Shown here piece by piece: positions 31,410 through 41,620 of a stretch of 64,000 nt of DNA. The position numbers and the translations under genes were made by a program. The notes under the pieces are model-generated. The model ran no database searches and had not been told where the DNA came from. It saw nothing but the letters and a program-made list of their open reading frames with translations. The stretch covers positions 100,655-164,654 of the forward strand of contig CAWDLW010000025.1 in assembly GCA_963803145.1 (NCBI GenBank), read 5' to 3'. The DNA is from Methanotrichaceae archaeon (GTDB lineage: Archaea; Halobacteriota; Methanosarcinia; Methanotrichales; Methanotrichaceae). Position 1 is the stretch's first letter, and each line of letters starts with the position of its first letter.

Positions 31410-32549
31410 TTACTTCTGCGTGTTTTTAGCATCAGCTTTATTCAAGGCTCTCAGAGTGGCCCCAAATTCAGATTCAACTATGGAGTTCACGCCCATTGTT
31501 TTAGGATGGAGATCAAGCTCAACGATGACGTGATGGTGCCCTGCATCGCGCATAGGCTTTACTTGCCTTGGACCATTGGTAACAGAAAAGATCTCCATAC
31601 CCCGTAGAGCTGAAGAGGGAATTGCATGTGGCACTCCAGAGAGCACTACAAAATCATATGGTCCGTGCTCTGATATGAAGCGCGCTACTGCATCGCCAGC
31701 TATCGGATATTCATCAAGGCCGCCTATTAGATCCGATTTAACGCCTCGATTCTTGAGATCGCGGGCTATATTGCTTGCATCCCTTCTAACTTTGGGGAGT
31801 CCTACAGTATCATCCAAGTTGGCAAGAGTATCCACAGCGCCGCCGGATACCTCGAAGACAGCAGATGTAATATCAGCGAACATATAGGCAGTCTCCTTTT
31901 TAGCGTTCAGGATATTGAGCCCACGTTTTCCCTGCTTTATCAGGCTTAGCAATTTAGATGCGGCCTCGAATTTTAGATCTCCATGTTCGGGAGGCAAATA
32001 CTCGCCGGATGCAGCTCCATAGAGTTTCTCAACCTCTGTCGCCTTCTCAAGAAGCACCTTTTGCCGCTCAAACTCTGCATCATCGATTATTCCCTTATCT
32101 CTGGCAGCCTCGAGGGTGATGACTACACCACGCGTGTTATCGCGATAGCCTGCATGCACCTCTACCTCCAGGACAGGTATATCGAGATTAGCCTCTAGAA
32201 CCGCCTGATGGAGATCTTCTCCTATAATCATGCTGCTGCATGTTCCTGAGACGGCAATAAGCCTTGGATCGAAGAGCTCCTTTGCCCTTTTAAGAAGCCT
32301 TGCCAGGGATTCCTGGCCTCCAAAAACGAATCCTGCCTCATCCAAGGCGGTGGTCAGCACTCGCACTCCATCCTCTTCCAGAAGTCGTGCATGCTTGAAG
32401 CAGCAGCCGCTCGGCCCATGGAGTATAATTACATCTACACCAAGGTCACGCAAAGTATATAGAGCTGCAACTATTGAGCTGGGCCTGGGATGCAGCACCT
32501 GCGTTTTCTGAACAAAGCTTTCCATTTTATCACCTGAAACATTTAACAC
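31410..32549 (-). CDS. cfbD: Ni-sirohydrochlorin a,c-diamide reductive cyclase, catalytic subunit
   Basis: [44 protein letters not shown] motifs. Confidence 0.93.
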   Translation of the reverse strand: MLNVSGDKMESFVQKTQVLHPRPSSIVAALYTLRDLGVDVIILHGPSGCCFKHARLLEEDGVRVLTTALDEAGFVFGGQESLARLLKRAKELFDPRLIAVSGTCSSMIIGEDLHQAVLEANLDIPVLEVEVHAGYRDNTRGVVITLEAARDKGIIDDAEFERQKVLLEKATEVEKLYGAASGEYLPPEHGDLKFEAASKLLSLIKQGKRGLNILNAKKETAYMFADITSAVFEVSGGAVDTLANLDDTVGLPKVRRDASNIARDLKNRGVKSDLIGGLDEYPIAGDAVARFISEHGPYDFVVLSGVPHAIPSSALRGMEIFSVTNGPRQVKPMRDAGHHHVIVELDLHPKTMGVNSIVESEFGATLRALNKADAKNTQK

Positions 32550-33792
32550 ATAAAAGCAGCTTATCTAGCCCCGAGATAGAACGGCGTGCCAGAGCCTCTC
32601 CTGTTTTTAAGTCATGAGCCTTCTCTGCCCTAAGCTCTTTTGCCCATGGCTCAAGCCTCCTTCCAACCAAAACCAGAAGATCAATCTTACCCCTATATTT
32701 TGAAAGAAGCTCTACCAGGCTTGGAATATTCATCCCTTCGCATACCGTCTCTGCCTCTTCGCCTACAACGAGGCAAACCTTTCCGTCCGTTATAAGGTCC
32801 AATACATGTTTGACATCAGAGACCTTCAGTCCTGAGTTCGAGCTATCGTAGACTGTGATGCCTGAGGAACGAATGACTTTCATCCTGCCGCTTATGCCAT
32901 CGAAACCCTCAAGCGCATCAGTGATCTCCCTTATGGAGAAGCCTGCACAATATGCAGCTGCAGCAGATGCCGAAATAGCTGTCTCATAGCTTTCAAAATC
33001 CAAGTCCTCTCCCAAGGCCAATTGAGCCTTATCATATCCAATACAGATCTCATTTGGCCCGGCAATAGTATAACCATCATTGCCGAAGGAAATGTCAGAA
33101 GAGATCTTAGCATTTGTATTTGCAATAATCTTAGAGCCGGGCTTCGCCAAAGAAAGCATCTGCAGCTTGGCGGTGCTCGCCCACCTTGTGCCCCCGGCTA
33201 TCCTATAGTCTCCAGAAAGACTTGTTAGAATCCCATAATCCGCGAGCCCAGTTCCTCCTAAGGATATCTCACATACCAGGGCTTCTGCTTCATGAGCATC
33301 AGCAGCCTCGACGGCGTGTATAATATTTGCCGGAGTTATGCTGAGGCCTGTCTGAAGGGTCTTGCTCGATCCATTCGACCATAGCTCTAGCCCACGTGTA
33401 GTATGCGATATCACTTTCATATTTGAGGAGATGATCCTGGACAGCAGAAGTGAGGTCGTTGTCTTGCTATGAGTGCCAGTGACCTCGAATATCCTTAGGC
33501 CTTGTCTAATGTCATCTCTTAGGAGTTCGCCCACTGCCATGTGGTGGGTAATTATCCTCTTGCATGATCGCCTTGCCTCTGCAAGAGCCGGATTTTCAGG
33601 CGAGAGGTGTACAGGTGCAACCACAAGATCAAAGCCTAAGATGCTTCTAGACTGGTGGTAGACCTCAAAAGCTGAAGCATCAATGCCTGATCTACACATC
33701 CGCTGCGCTATCGTCGAAGCGCCATGGATGGTATCGAGTACAGCTACCTTAGAGCTTCCTCTGCACGTCTGCATGCGAGAATTGCTATGCAT
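32530..33792 (-). CDS. cfbE: Coenzyme F430 synthetase (Mur-ligase-like)
   Basis: [34 protein letters not shown] motifs; located between cfbA and cfbD. Confidence 0.9.
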   Translation of the reverse strand: MHSNSRMQTCRGSSKVAVLDTIHGASTIAQRMCRSGIDASAFEVYHQSRSILGFDLVVAPVHLSPENPALAEARRSCKRIITHHMAVGELLRDDIRQGLRIFEVTGTHSKTTTSLLLSRIISSNMKVISHTTRGLELWSNGSSKTLQTGLSITPANIIHAVEAADAHEAEALVCEISLGGTGLADYGILTSLSGDYRIAGGTRWASTAKLQMLSLAKPGSKIIANTNAKISSDISFGNDGYTIAGPNEICIGYDKAQLALGEDLDFESYETAISASAAAAYCAGFSIREITDALEGFDGISGRMKVIRSSGITVYDSSNSGLKVSDVKHVLDLITDGKVCLVVGEEAETVCEGMNIPSLVELLSKYRGKIDLLVLVGRRLEPWAKELRAEKAHDLKTGEALARRSISGLDKLLLCVKCFR

Positions 33793-34136
33793 TCATCCAC
33801 GCCAAGAGGCTCGGCACAGATTATCTCTACATCAGTTCCATTTATCTTCACCAGCCCCCTCCTTTTCTGTTCATCTACACCCAGCTCTCTTGGAATGTCC
33901 TCACGGGTATGAACCCCATGCGCAAGGAAGAGCGGCAGTGCTATAATCTTCTTCACATTGGTTCCCTCAAAACTCTTTAAGCCTTCTGGGATATCTGGCT
34001 GGTTCATATTCAGGTATGCGGTCCTGACAGGCCCCGTATGGTTCTTCCTTATCATCTGAGCAAGAGATTCCACAAGATCTCTATTATAGGGCAGTGTTGA
34101 TCCATGCCCAAGCACAAGTAAGCCTACATCCTCCAT
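33744..34136 (-). CDS. cfbA: Sirohydrochlorin nickelochelatase (CbiX-S type)
   Basis: GHGS, PLFLAHGVHT, EPLG motifs; start moved to ATG 34136. Confidence 0.9.
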   Translation of the reverse strand: MEDVGLLVLGHGSTLPYNRDLVESLAQMIRKNHTGPVRTAYLNMNQPDIPEGLKSFEGTNVKKIIALPLFLAHGVHTREDIPRELGVDEQKRRGLVKINGTDVEIICAEPLGVDECIAILACRRAEEALR

Positions 34137-34243
34137 AGAAACACCGATGTTACCTTTCTCCTCTGTCGTGTTAACGAGGACGTTGGAGCCATAAGTAATA
34201 AATCCTTTCCATGAATCAAATAAGGCAATAGTGGGAAGAGCAT

Positions 34244-34765
34244 ATGAATAATCCCGGAAGTGCAGGGCCTGTCTGCTTATTGATAGCACTTGCGATTTTG
34301 TTTTTGCTTCCGGCACCTCGAGCCTATGCCGGAGACGTATTGCTAACAACGCAGCAGGCCTTCGGTCTGGATAGAAATACAACCCTTGTGATAGAGGATA
34401 CGGATTCACCACAAGGAGTAATTTGGCTTAAGCTTTACAGCAGAAATGAGACAGTCGATTCAGCAGTGATTGGCCTGGGAGAGCATCTAAGCTATGCTGG
34501 AAAGAATATTACACTTTACAAGATCTATTCAGGTAGCGATATTGACCTAGTGGCATTAGAGATAGAAAATGAAACAACGAGATCCTCTAAAGGGTATGAT
34601 AAAGCATCGACTACAAATATGACCCATAACATCGACTCTATTGCGAATCCTTTGGCCCATACTCTTTTAGTGCATGCTAGCGATAGCAGTACTATCACTA
34701 ATACTACAAATAATATACTCTTCAATCGCTCAGATAAACAAATTATCGGCCAAAATGCTTCTTAA
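34244..34765 (+). CDS. Secreted hypothetical protein (possibly S-layer-domain-like)
   Basis: Signal peptide; LVIED...GVIWLKLY...VD pattern; several N-glycosylation sequons. Confidence 0.55.
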   Translation: MNNPGSAGPVCLLIALAILFLLPAPRAYAGDVLLTTQQAFGLDRNTTLVIEDTDSPQGVIWLKLYSRNETVDSAVIGLGEHLSYAGKNITLYKIYSGSDIDLVALEIENETTRSSKGYDKASTTNMTHNIDSIANPLAHTLLVHASDSSTITNTTNNILFNRSDKQIIGQNAS

Positions 34766-35315
34766 AGATCGATGGCAGCTCTTGGGGCGTCTCGATCACA
34801 AAGATATCCTCCATTCTTCTGAGCTTCGTTACGTTCTCTGCATCTTCTTTCCGTATCCTGAGTTTCATATCGCTCCCATCGGGAAGCTTTGTGGTTATGA
34901 TGCCCTCTTTGTAATCGCAGGGCATTATATATGTGGGAACAAAGGCCTTCTGTGCCATGATTGCAGCGTTTGAAAGGAGCGAGTCTGCCAAGCCCAGAGA
35001 TATCTTGGCAACTGTGTTCGAAGTAGTTGGCGCGAGCAGAAGGAACTCATACCTCTTGACCTGAAGCTGGCCTGCCAGGAAAGGAGCATTGGCATTGATC
35101 TCAACCCAGACCTTATCGAAGCTCTTTTCCAGATCATTGAAAAGCTTATAGTACTTTATCACCTGATCGCCGGCTTTAGAGACGAAGACGCGAACATCCA
35201 CGATATCCTCATACTGCTTTTGAAGTTCCTTCATTATCTCCACGGTTTCAACAATTCTGTCTCCACTGCCTGTTATCCCCCAGGCGATCTTTCTGCGTGA
35301 TCCTTCCTTAGCCAT
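34743..35315 (-). CDS. afpA: Archaeoflavoprotein AfpA
   Basis: IAWGITGSG, ANAPFLAG, TSNTVAKI, LRIRKED motifs. Confidence 0.88.
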   Translation of the reverse strand: MAKEGSRRKIAWGITGSGDRIVETVEIMKELQKQYEDIVDVRVFVSKAGDQVIKYYKLFNDLEKSFDKVWVEINANAPFLAGQLQVKRYEFLLLAPTTSNTVAKISLGLADSLLSNAAIMAQKAFVPTYIMPCDYKEGIITTKLPDGSDMKLRIRKEDAENVTKLRRMEDIFVIETPQELPSIFKKHFGR

Positions 35316-35341
35316 GATTTAAAGTTCCTCCTACGGAATAA

Positions 35342-35935
35342 CTATTTTTCCATCTTACTGCACATCTCAAGCATTTCCGCAAATCTCTTAACCGTTTTTC
35401 TCAGGCTCCGCAATCCCTCCTCATCATTTTGAACTCCTTCAAGAGTATCCTTGGACCAAAATGTCGCCCCCAGATTTGCGCCGAAAAAACCGCCGCTCAC
35501 AGGTATCATGCCATTGAGGATATAGAATGTATGTATCTGCTGTATTGCAATCTCCTGACCGCCCATACGATCGCCGCCGATGGCTATGGCCATGCCGACT
35601 TTGTGCCTGAGCGCCTTCGGATCTGCGGCGAGCGATGCCCTTGTCCTATCTATGATAATCTTTGTCTGGGCGCTAAGGCTGCCGTTGTAAACTGGCGTGG
35701 CAATCACAAAGCCCTTTGCCTCTTTTATCAGAGGATAGAGCTGATGCATATCATCCTTTATGATGCACTCGGCATTCTTAAGGCAGTAATCGCAGTGCTT
35801 GCATGGGCTGATATTCTTGCCGTGTGCAGAGAAAAGCTTGGTCTGGATGCCCTTTGATTCAAGCATCTTCAGTGCCTCCCCCAATACATATTCGGTGGCT
35901 TGCTTGCGGGGGCTGCCGGATATTCCCAGTATCAT
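35342..35935 (-). CDS. Iron-sulfur flavoprotein (Isf)
   Basis: ISGSPR, CKHCDYC....EC, ATPVY, GGQE motifs. Confidence 0.88.
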   Translation of the reverse strand: MILGISGSPRKQATEYVLGEALKMLESKGIQTKLFSAHGKNISPCKHCDYCLKNAECIIKDDMHQLYPLIKEAKGFVIATPVYNGSLSAQTKIIIDRTRASLAADPKALRHKVGMAIAIGGDRMGGQEIAIQQIHTFYILNGMIPVSGGFFGANLGATFWSKDTLEGVQNDEEGLRSLRKTVKRFAEMLEMCSKMEK

Positions 35936-36006
35936 GATAATAAAAGCAATCCCAAGCTATTTCAGATTTGTCAAAAATGGGGAGAAGTCATATGCCTATA
36001 CGCCTC

Positions 36007-36195
36007 TTAGATGCGCTGGCGGATCATCTCCTCGACCTCTGACGGTGTGGTATGGAAGACCTCGCCTAGGATCTCCTTTGCAGTTTCAAGCTCAAGGACT
36101 GTTGTATCGATCCTACGGCAGCGCAGGGGTAATATCTGCTGCCGCTTCGGTGAAGGCCGCACCAGCTGCTCAAGAACTCCTCCCATAGCACGCAT
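36007..36195 (-). CDS. Small hypothetical protein
   Basis: 62-aa helical ORF, co-directional with isf, AT-rich TATA-like upstream. Confidence 0.5.
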   Translation of the reverse strand: MRAMGGVLEQLVRPSPKRQQILPLRCRRIDTTVLELETAKEILGEVFHTTPSEVEEMIRQRI

Positions 36196-36324
36196 ATGGG
36201 ATATATAAGCATAAATACTTTACCGCTGAAATTGATAGCAGCAAATGGTTTTTAGCCTTATTGAATGTATGTATAGGATATAAAGAAAATCCTAATAATA
36301 GTACGATAAATTGCAGATGCGCGA

Positions 36325-36475
36325 ATAAGAAGAAGATGCAATCGAGGCTTACAACAGTGCTATCGAGCTGGAGCCTCTATTGACAGAAGCCTGGAATGAC
36401 AAATGCTTGCTCTCAAAGTGCTCATGCGAACTATAGGAGATAATGCCATAACTTCCGAGGCCAAAGAGCCGGAAG
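36325..36475 (+). pseudogene. TPR-protein remnant
   Basis: DAIEAYNSAIELEP..EAWNDK followed by a frameshifted LALKVLMRT...AKE. Confidence 0.6.
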
Positions 36476-36536
36476 AATCCTTGACTCCTGAGATTCTTCC
36501 GGACAGTATAATCTCATATTACACAATTCTTCAACT

Positions 36537-37454
36537 TCATTCTTCAGGCCAGTATATCCCTGATCCCAGGAACCATTCGTCGTTTATTTTCGTCACATAA
36601 TCCAGCTTGAGCTTAGGATTCATATTCTCTGCTGGGTCCTTGTAAATAGCGTAAACGAATCCCTCACCTCTCTTTGCCACATCTGATACATCCTGGACTG
36701 GATATGCGCCGTTCTGGTCTTGGATCTCAAGGCGGTTGGTCCCGATCAGCTCAGGCTCAAATGGCAAAGCCAGGGTGTTTCCTTTGAAATCGTAGGCGTA
36801 GACATAGCTGTCTCCTCTGACGAATTCTCCATTTCTATCGTTAAATGTTTTCAGAGCCGCATCTTTAGTATTGTTCAAAGCAAAGTCTTTTGCCCTATCT
36901 ACGAATGCTACGAGATCTTCCTTGGTTGTATTGTTGAAGGTAGGAGCCTGGCCAGGCAGATAAACGCCAGCTCCCAACCACAATCCTTCATCCACTTTCT
37001 GCACATAGGTTAGCTTAAGCTCTGTTGCGTTAGAATGAGCAGGATTGGGCCAGGTGTAATACGTGAATCCCCCTCCTCTTTTAGCCATCTCTAGCATGTT
37101 CCTGACAGTAGCAACGCCATTGGAATCTGTCACATTGAGCGCGTTTTTTCCAATCCCGTCAGGCATGTACGGATGTGCCAAGCGGGTTCCATTGAAGTCA
37201 TAGGCAATTATGTAAAGTTCTCCTCTCACAAACTTTCCTTTGGGATCGTTGAAGACCTGTAGCGCCTTATCCTTGCCATTGGCTAGGACGAACTCTTTAG
37301 CTTCATTTACAAAGGCGATCAGCTCTTCTTTTGCATCAGATTTTAGTGTATATGCACTACTATTGTTTTCATCAGCCGCCGCCCAGCCGATCAAGGATGT
37401 TCCCAGAAGGACAACTGCTAAAGCAACTGCTAAAATAGCCTTAGTACTTCCCAT
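36537..37454 (-). CDS. Secreted tandem Cache-domain (sCache_2-type x2) protein
   Basis: Signal peptide; two FND..G.FVRG..Y..AYDF.G..LA.P...GF..Y...P...KL.YV.K...W.GxG repeats. Confidence 0.85.
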   Translation of the reverse strand: MGSTKAILAVALAVVLLGTSLIGWAAADENNSSAYTLKSDAKEELIAFVNEAKEFVLANGKDKALQVFNDPKGKFVRGELYIIAYDFNGTRLAHPYMPDGIGKNALNVTDSNGVATVRNMLEMAKRGGGFTYYTWPNPAHSNATELKLTYVQKVDEGLWLGAGVYLPGQAPTFNNTTKEDLVAFVDRAKDFALNNTKDAALKTFNDRNGEFVRGDSYVYAYDFKGNTLALPFEPELIGTNRLEIQDQNGAYPVQDVSDVAKRGEGFVYAIYKDPAENMNPKLKLDYVTKINDEWFLGSGIYWPEE

Positions 37455-37829
37455 ATGTCATCTCTCCCTCAAGTAGTTCTAACGGCTCATGTTCAGAATC
37501 ACATCTATTTAAACTTCTCTTAAAGCGATGTGGGATGAAGCATTCTTCAACTTAGACATTTCTCTGCAATATGGGGAACAAAGAATATGGAATCCTCAAT
37601 TTTAAAAGAATATTTCTACCAATAACGAGCTTGTGGCATTCCTGGCGTGAACGCTCTAGGGTGCAGAATGCTAGCCCTAAACAGATACAGAATGATGGAT
37701 GCTGAATAGCCAGCTGAAGGCTAAAAACTGAAAGTATATCCAACTTTGTGTTATTACAATACATTTGTATTATATAAAGTTCTTCGTGTGAAGAATGATA
37801 TCTACTGTTAGTGGCATACAAAGTACGGA

Positions 37830-37848
37830 TTAAGTCATAATGACTTAA
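37830..37848. promoter_or_regulatory. Perfect 9-1-9 palindrome, candidate operator
   Basis: TTAAGTCAT-A-ATGACTTAA between divergent genes. Confidence 0.45.
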
Positions 37849-37882
37849 CTTTTTAAAAATGTTTTAAGACCATAACATAGAT

Positions 37883-38596
37883 ATGTTTATTAAGCTGAGA
37901 GTACAATTGCCCGTTGTGGGAGGTATGATTATGAGATTATTAGCTTACTTAGCGTTGCTTATACTATTCTCTCTAGCTTCGGCAAATTCTCAAACGATAA
38001 CTGCAGGGCCGTATAATATATCGTTCAATCCAAATACATCTAAAAATTATACCATCGACATCATGCCTCCCCTCGAAGAGAACAATGTTACCACATACAC
38101 AACCCTGGTAGATTTTCCTGATGGGACGAGATCAAATATTATAATTTTCGATATGAAGGTTCCAGTGGATGCCACTATAGAAACTCTTAAGCAGATAACT
38201 TATTGGAAAGAGCTCTATCAAATTGCCGTTCACGAATTCTTAACGGCTTATGTTGAGTTAGGCACAGTCGATGGAAAAGAGGCTATGATCGCCTATGGAG
38301 AGCTGAACAATAGCAAAAAACGCCTATTATGTAGATACTTCCTGGATAGTAAGAAGTTCGAGAACAGCTCAGTCGCTGCAGGATATATAGAGGTTCAGGT
38401 AGTCAACATGGTTCCCTCAAATTCCACTGAGGGCATGGACATAGCTAAGAGCCTACTTAACACAATACACGTTGAAAAGGCTTCCAGGCCCCAGTCAGGA
38501 GCCATAGCCGAGGCTGCGCCGGATCAAAATATCGAAGATTACAGCAGTGCTATAAAAAACAAGCATGATTCCGACGAAAGGTGGGATTTATGGTGA
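37883..38596 (+). CDS. Secreted hypothetical protein
   Basis: GGAGGT RBS before ATG ~37926/37931; signal peptide; GPYNISF. Confidence 0.7.
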   Translation: MFIKLRVQLPVVGGMIMRLLAYLALLILFSLASANSQTITAGPYNISFNPNTSKNYTIDIMPPLEENNVTTYTTLVDFPDGTRSNIIIFDMKVPVDATIETLKQITYWKELYQIAVHEFLTAYVELGTVDGKEAMIAYGELNNSKKRLLCRYFLDSKKFENSSVAAGYIEVQVVNMVPSNSTEGMDIAKSLLNTIHVEKASRPQSGAIAEAAPDQNIEDYSSAIKNKHDSDERWDLW

Positions 38597-38656
38597 GCAT
38601 AAGATTATTTACCTCACTTTTTTCAGCGCCAAAATTGAAAACTTCTGTGCCGTGAT

Positions 38657-39901
38657 ATGCATATGATTCAAGAGTTTTCCGGACAGAGCACAGTAGAGAT
38701 GATGCCTGAATTAAAAGTGCCTTCACTGGAGAACTCCTCTACTAAAGTAAGCTCTTCTCCCAGCGTAGAACATAAAGCCAAAGGGGATAAACTGTATCAT
38801 ATCGATGCATTGAGGGGTATCGCTGCTCTCAGCATCCTTTTCTACCATATGTCTGGCCGGATGGTATCCCTTTTCGGTCAATATCCCTTTCAAATGTTAC
38901 CTGATCGATTTATTGGCCTGAATATGGCCAGCCTGCCTTTGTTTTTCGTCATAAGCGCTTTTACACTGTATTTGTCGCTGGACAATAAGTCTGGAGAGAA
39001 AAATAGGTTCATCAAGTTCTATATCCGCAGATTCTTCAGGATAGCTCCTCTTTTCTACCTTTTGCTGGTCTTTGTAGTGCTCGATGGTATCATCCAGAAT
39101 AGGGCGCCCTCGTGGCTGGAAATACTCTCGAACTTCTCCTTTACATTCAATCTAGTACCGGAATATTCAGGAAGTCTCACTATTGGCGGCTGGACAATCG
39201 GGGTTGAGATGCTCTTCTACCTCTTTTTGCCGTTGATCTTTCTTAAAGTGAATAATATCAAGAGATCTATCCTTTTCTCTATCGCCGTATATTATTTATC
39301 ATCAGCAGGTAGGCAATTTGAAGGTATGATCTTTGGAGATGCGATTGTAGATCAATATTGGCATTTTAATCTTTTCCGTTGGGTATTTGCATTTCCTGTA
39401 GGAATTTTATGCTATATGGTTTATAAATATTACTTGCCCAAGATTAAAAGCGAATACCTGATCCCAGCTGCTGTTTGTATGTTTTCGTTATCAATGATCA
39501 TAGTGTTCTATTTTATTGATAATACTGCTTTAAATATAGCATTGTCTGAGCGGTTCGAGCCGTTAGCTAAACTGACTTATATGCCAACCATGGGGCCGAT
39601 AGCCTTTTGTCTGCTGATCCTCTCCCTTTCTTTATTCTCTAATCGATTAATTGTAAATAGGATTACCCGATTCTATGGAATGATTAGCTATAGCATCTAT
39701 TTAGTTCATCCATATTTGATGGAGCTCTTGGAACCAGTATATAAATACGTCTATGTCCATACCATAATCTCCACCGATCTCAGCTTCTGCCTCTGCGTGC
39801 TTCTGACTCTTATGATAGCAACTCCTGTTTCGTTGCTTACTTATCGCTTTATTGAGGCTCCCGGTATGATGCATGGAAAGAAGATCATTGCGAGGATTTG
39901 A
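38657..39901 (+). CDS. Acyltransferase-3 (OafA-like) membrane O-acyltransferase
   Basis: IDALRG, FFVISAF, RRFFRIAP, WTIGVEMLFY, SYSIYLVH motifs. Confidence 0.92.
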   Translation: MHMIQEFSGQSTVEMMPELKVPSLENSSTKVSSSPSVEHKAKGDKLYHIDALRGIAALSILFYHMSGRMVSLFGQYPFQMLPDRFIGLNMASLPLFFVISAFTLYLSLDNKSGEKNRFIKFYIRRFFRIAPLFYLLLVFVVLDGIIQNRAPSWLEILSNFSFTFNLVPEYSGSLTIGGWTIGVEMLFYLFLPLIFLKVNNIKRSILFSIAVYYLSSAGRQFEGMIFGDAIVDQYWHFNLFRWVFAFPVGILCYMVYKYYLPKIKSEYLIPAAVCMFSLSMIIVFYFIDNTALNIALSERFEPLAKLTYMPTMGPIAFCLLILSLSLFSNRLIVNRITRFYGMISYSIYLVHPYLMELLEPVYKYVYVHTIISTDLSFCLCVLLTLMIATPVSLLTYRFIEAPGMMHGKKIIARI

Positions 39902-39981
39902 GATAGCTCTCTTAGTTGTAGGGCAGATTTCAATTATCCTTGATCTCTTAAATAATATATGGAGGTGCTATGCAATGTCTC

Positions 39982-40140
39982 CTATGCGATGTCTCCCCGG
40001 AACTCCCGGATCTGAATATAAAAATCCACGCATTCCTCCAAAGAGCAATTTAGCCAATACCGATCGGCGAGGATCCTTCTCCATTCCGCCATTTTTGCAA
40101 CTTCATTCCGTCCTTCGATGCTATTCAGGTTCAGTTTCAC
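39982..40140 (-). CDS. Small 52-aa ORF missing from the track
   Basis: GAGGTGA RBS (40146-40152), GTG start; MKLNLNSIEGRNEVAKMAEWRRILADRYWLNCSLEECVDFYIQIREFRGDIA*. Confidence 0.5.
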   Translation of the reverse strand: MKLNLNSIEGRNEVAKMAEWRRILADRYWLNCSLEECVDFYIQIREFRGDIA

Positions 40141-40519
40141 AACTATCACCTCTTAATAGGGCGCTTATGCTCGCTTTATCCTCAGCCTGCCCAGAAGGCA
40201 CCTACAGACGCCGGGCGGGAACTGAAGTATGTTAGGCAAGCTCATGTAAGCGTGAACTGGGCCATCTACTGAAACGGATCTTCTACCAGGGACCCACCTC
40301 CGCAAGGCTATGGACCGAAAAAAATTGAGCCATTAATAGCCTGTAAAACTAATACTAACATATATCTATTATATTAAAGTATCGAGTGGATAATATTAGG
40401 GCATGTATTGGTTAATGGTATTTATTCGAAATCTAAAACTTGTGCAGTCATGTGTTACACACTCTTATATCTTGTTAGGTGTGTTTCTTTGTTAAAACAT
40501 TATAAAGTGCAGCTTAAAC

Positions 40520-40622
40520 CTTTTCAAAGAGCATTGAGAAATCACAACATCGCATAACGAGGAGGGAGGCAAAAGTCAAGAAGTAAAGACAGGCTAACGA
40601 ATATACATCGACTTTTGCCTTA
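40520..40622 (-). ncRNA. Candidate small RNA
   Basis: 11-bp stem 40567-40577/40610-40620 extended by G-U on the minus strand; TATA-like ~25 nt upstream; CUCCCUCCUC tail. Confidence 0.3.
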
Positions 40623-40846
40623 TACTATACGCGAATCGTCGATATATGAAGTTGGCGCCTGCTATAAGATCGATAGCGAATTCTATATGCGGAAATAATC
40701 GGAAAACAAGCAATCGAGTGCCATACGAGCAAAGAGCTAAGATCAATTAGAACATTTGGCTGGCCTAAACTCTTCATATTGCCCTGGAATAGGCCGAAAA
40801 AGGGGGAGATGCGGTCACACTTCTGATGCTAGCCATTTGGCATAGA

Positions 40847-41425
40847 TCAGCAGGAGGTTGCTGGGGAAAAGTCAGATCCAAGAAGGACCTTTACTCCCAT
40901 AGCTTCTTGTACGCCGTCTGCATCAGATGAACATATGGCGCCACCAGTTGCGATATATCTCTTCACATATCCCCAACCAACATCGATTTCTCTCGGCAAT
41001 TTAATGCATTTCGGCAGATGGTGGTGCTCTTTGTTCTTGGCTACCTGGCATCCTCCGCCAGTCTCCTTTCGGCGAGCACATCTGAGGTTGCAGGCAGCTA
41101 CAGTTTTCAGCAGCACTTTACCAACATCGATAGTGACTGGGGGATCTAATACACTTCGAGCGTACACGGTAACGGCCATAGCAAAGAAGGATAAGTTCTC
41201 TATTGTTCCCTCGGACCACCTCTGGGATAAATAGTTCATAATCTTCGGCTTAATCTCGATCTCAGCTTGCTCCACAAGGGCGCGATAACCTCCGGCAGTG
41301 GGCATTAGCAGTACTTGATCGAATTCAAACACTTTCATTGTGGCCCTGCGATCTACTAATTGAACAAGCAGACGACCGTATCTTTCGGTGTAATCTTCCA
41401 TAATCGCCCCCTCAGTGTGTCGCAA
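40847..41425 (-). CDS. Hypothetical protein with a Cys/His cluster
   Basis: GAGGGGG RBS before ATG 41401; CNLRC...C...HHH..C. Confidence 0.6.
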   Translation of the reverse strand: MRHTEGAIMEDYTERYGRLLVQLVDRRATMKVFEFDQVLLMPTAGGYRALVEQAEIEIKPKIMNYLSQRWSEGTIENLSFFAMAVTVYARSVLDPPVTIDVGKVLLKTVAACNLRCARRKETGGGCQVAKNKEHHHLPKCIKLPREIDVGWGYVKRYIATGGAICSSDADGVQEAMGVKVLLGSDFSPATSC

Positions 41426-41620
41426 ATACTGTCCGATATTCTTCTATGATGGAGATTATAAACCTTTTTACATGTGATTTCTTATGCACTCTAAATCCAT
41501 CTCAGAACACGGCTTTACAAAGATTGGAAAAATTAAACTTAGGGGAGATTGCCTGCTTCGTCTCCTCAGAATGATGCTTCTTGGGACCATTCTGCATTTT
41601 TGGCTTGCTCAATAGTCTGC

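Noticed and set aside
34137-34412. Long N-terminal extension of CfbA
   Set aside because: Overlaps the divergent gene; the chelatase motif starts at ATG 34136
39873-40235. 120-aa plus-strand ORF
   Set aside because: No motifs or RBS; the opposite-strand small ORF has better signals
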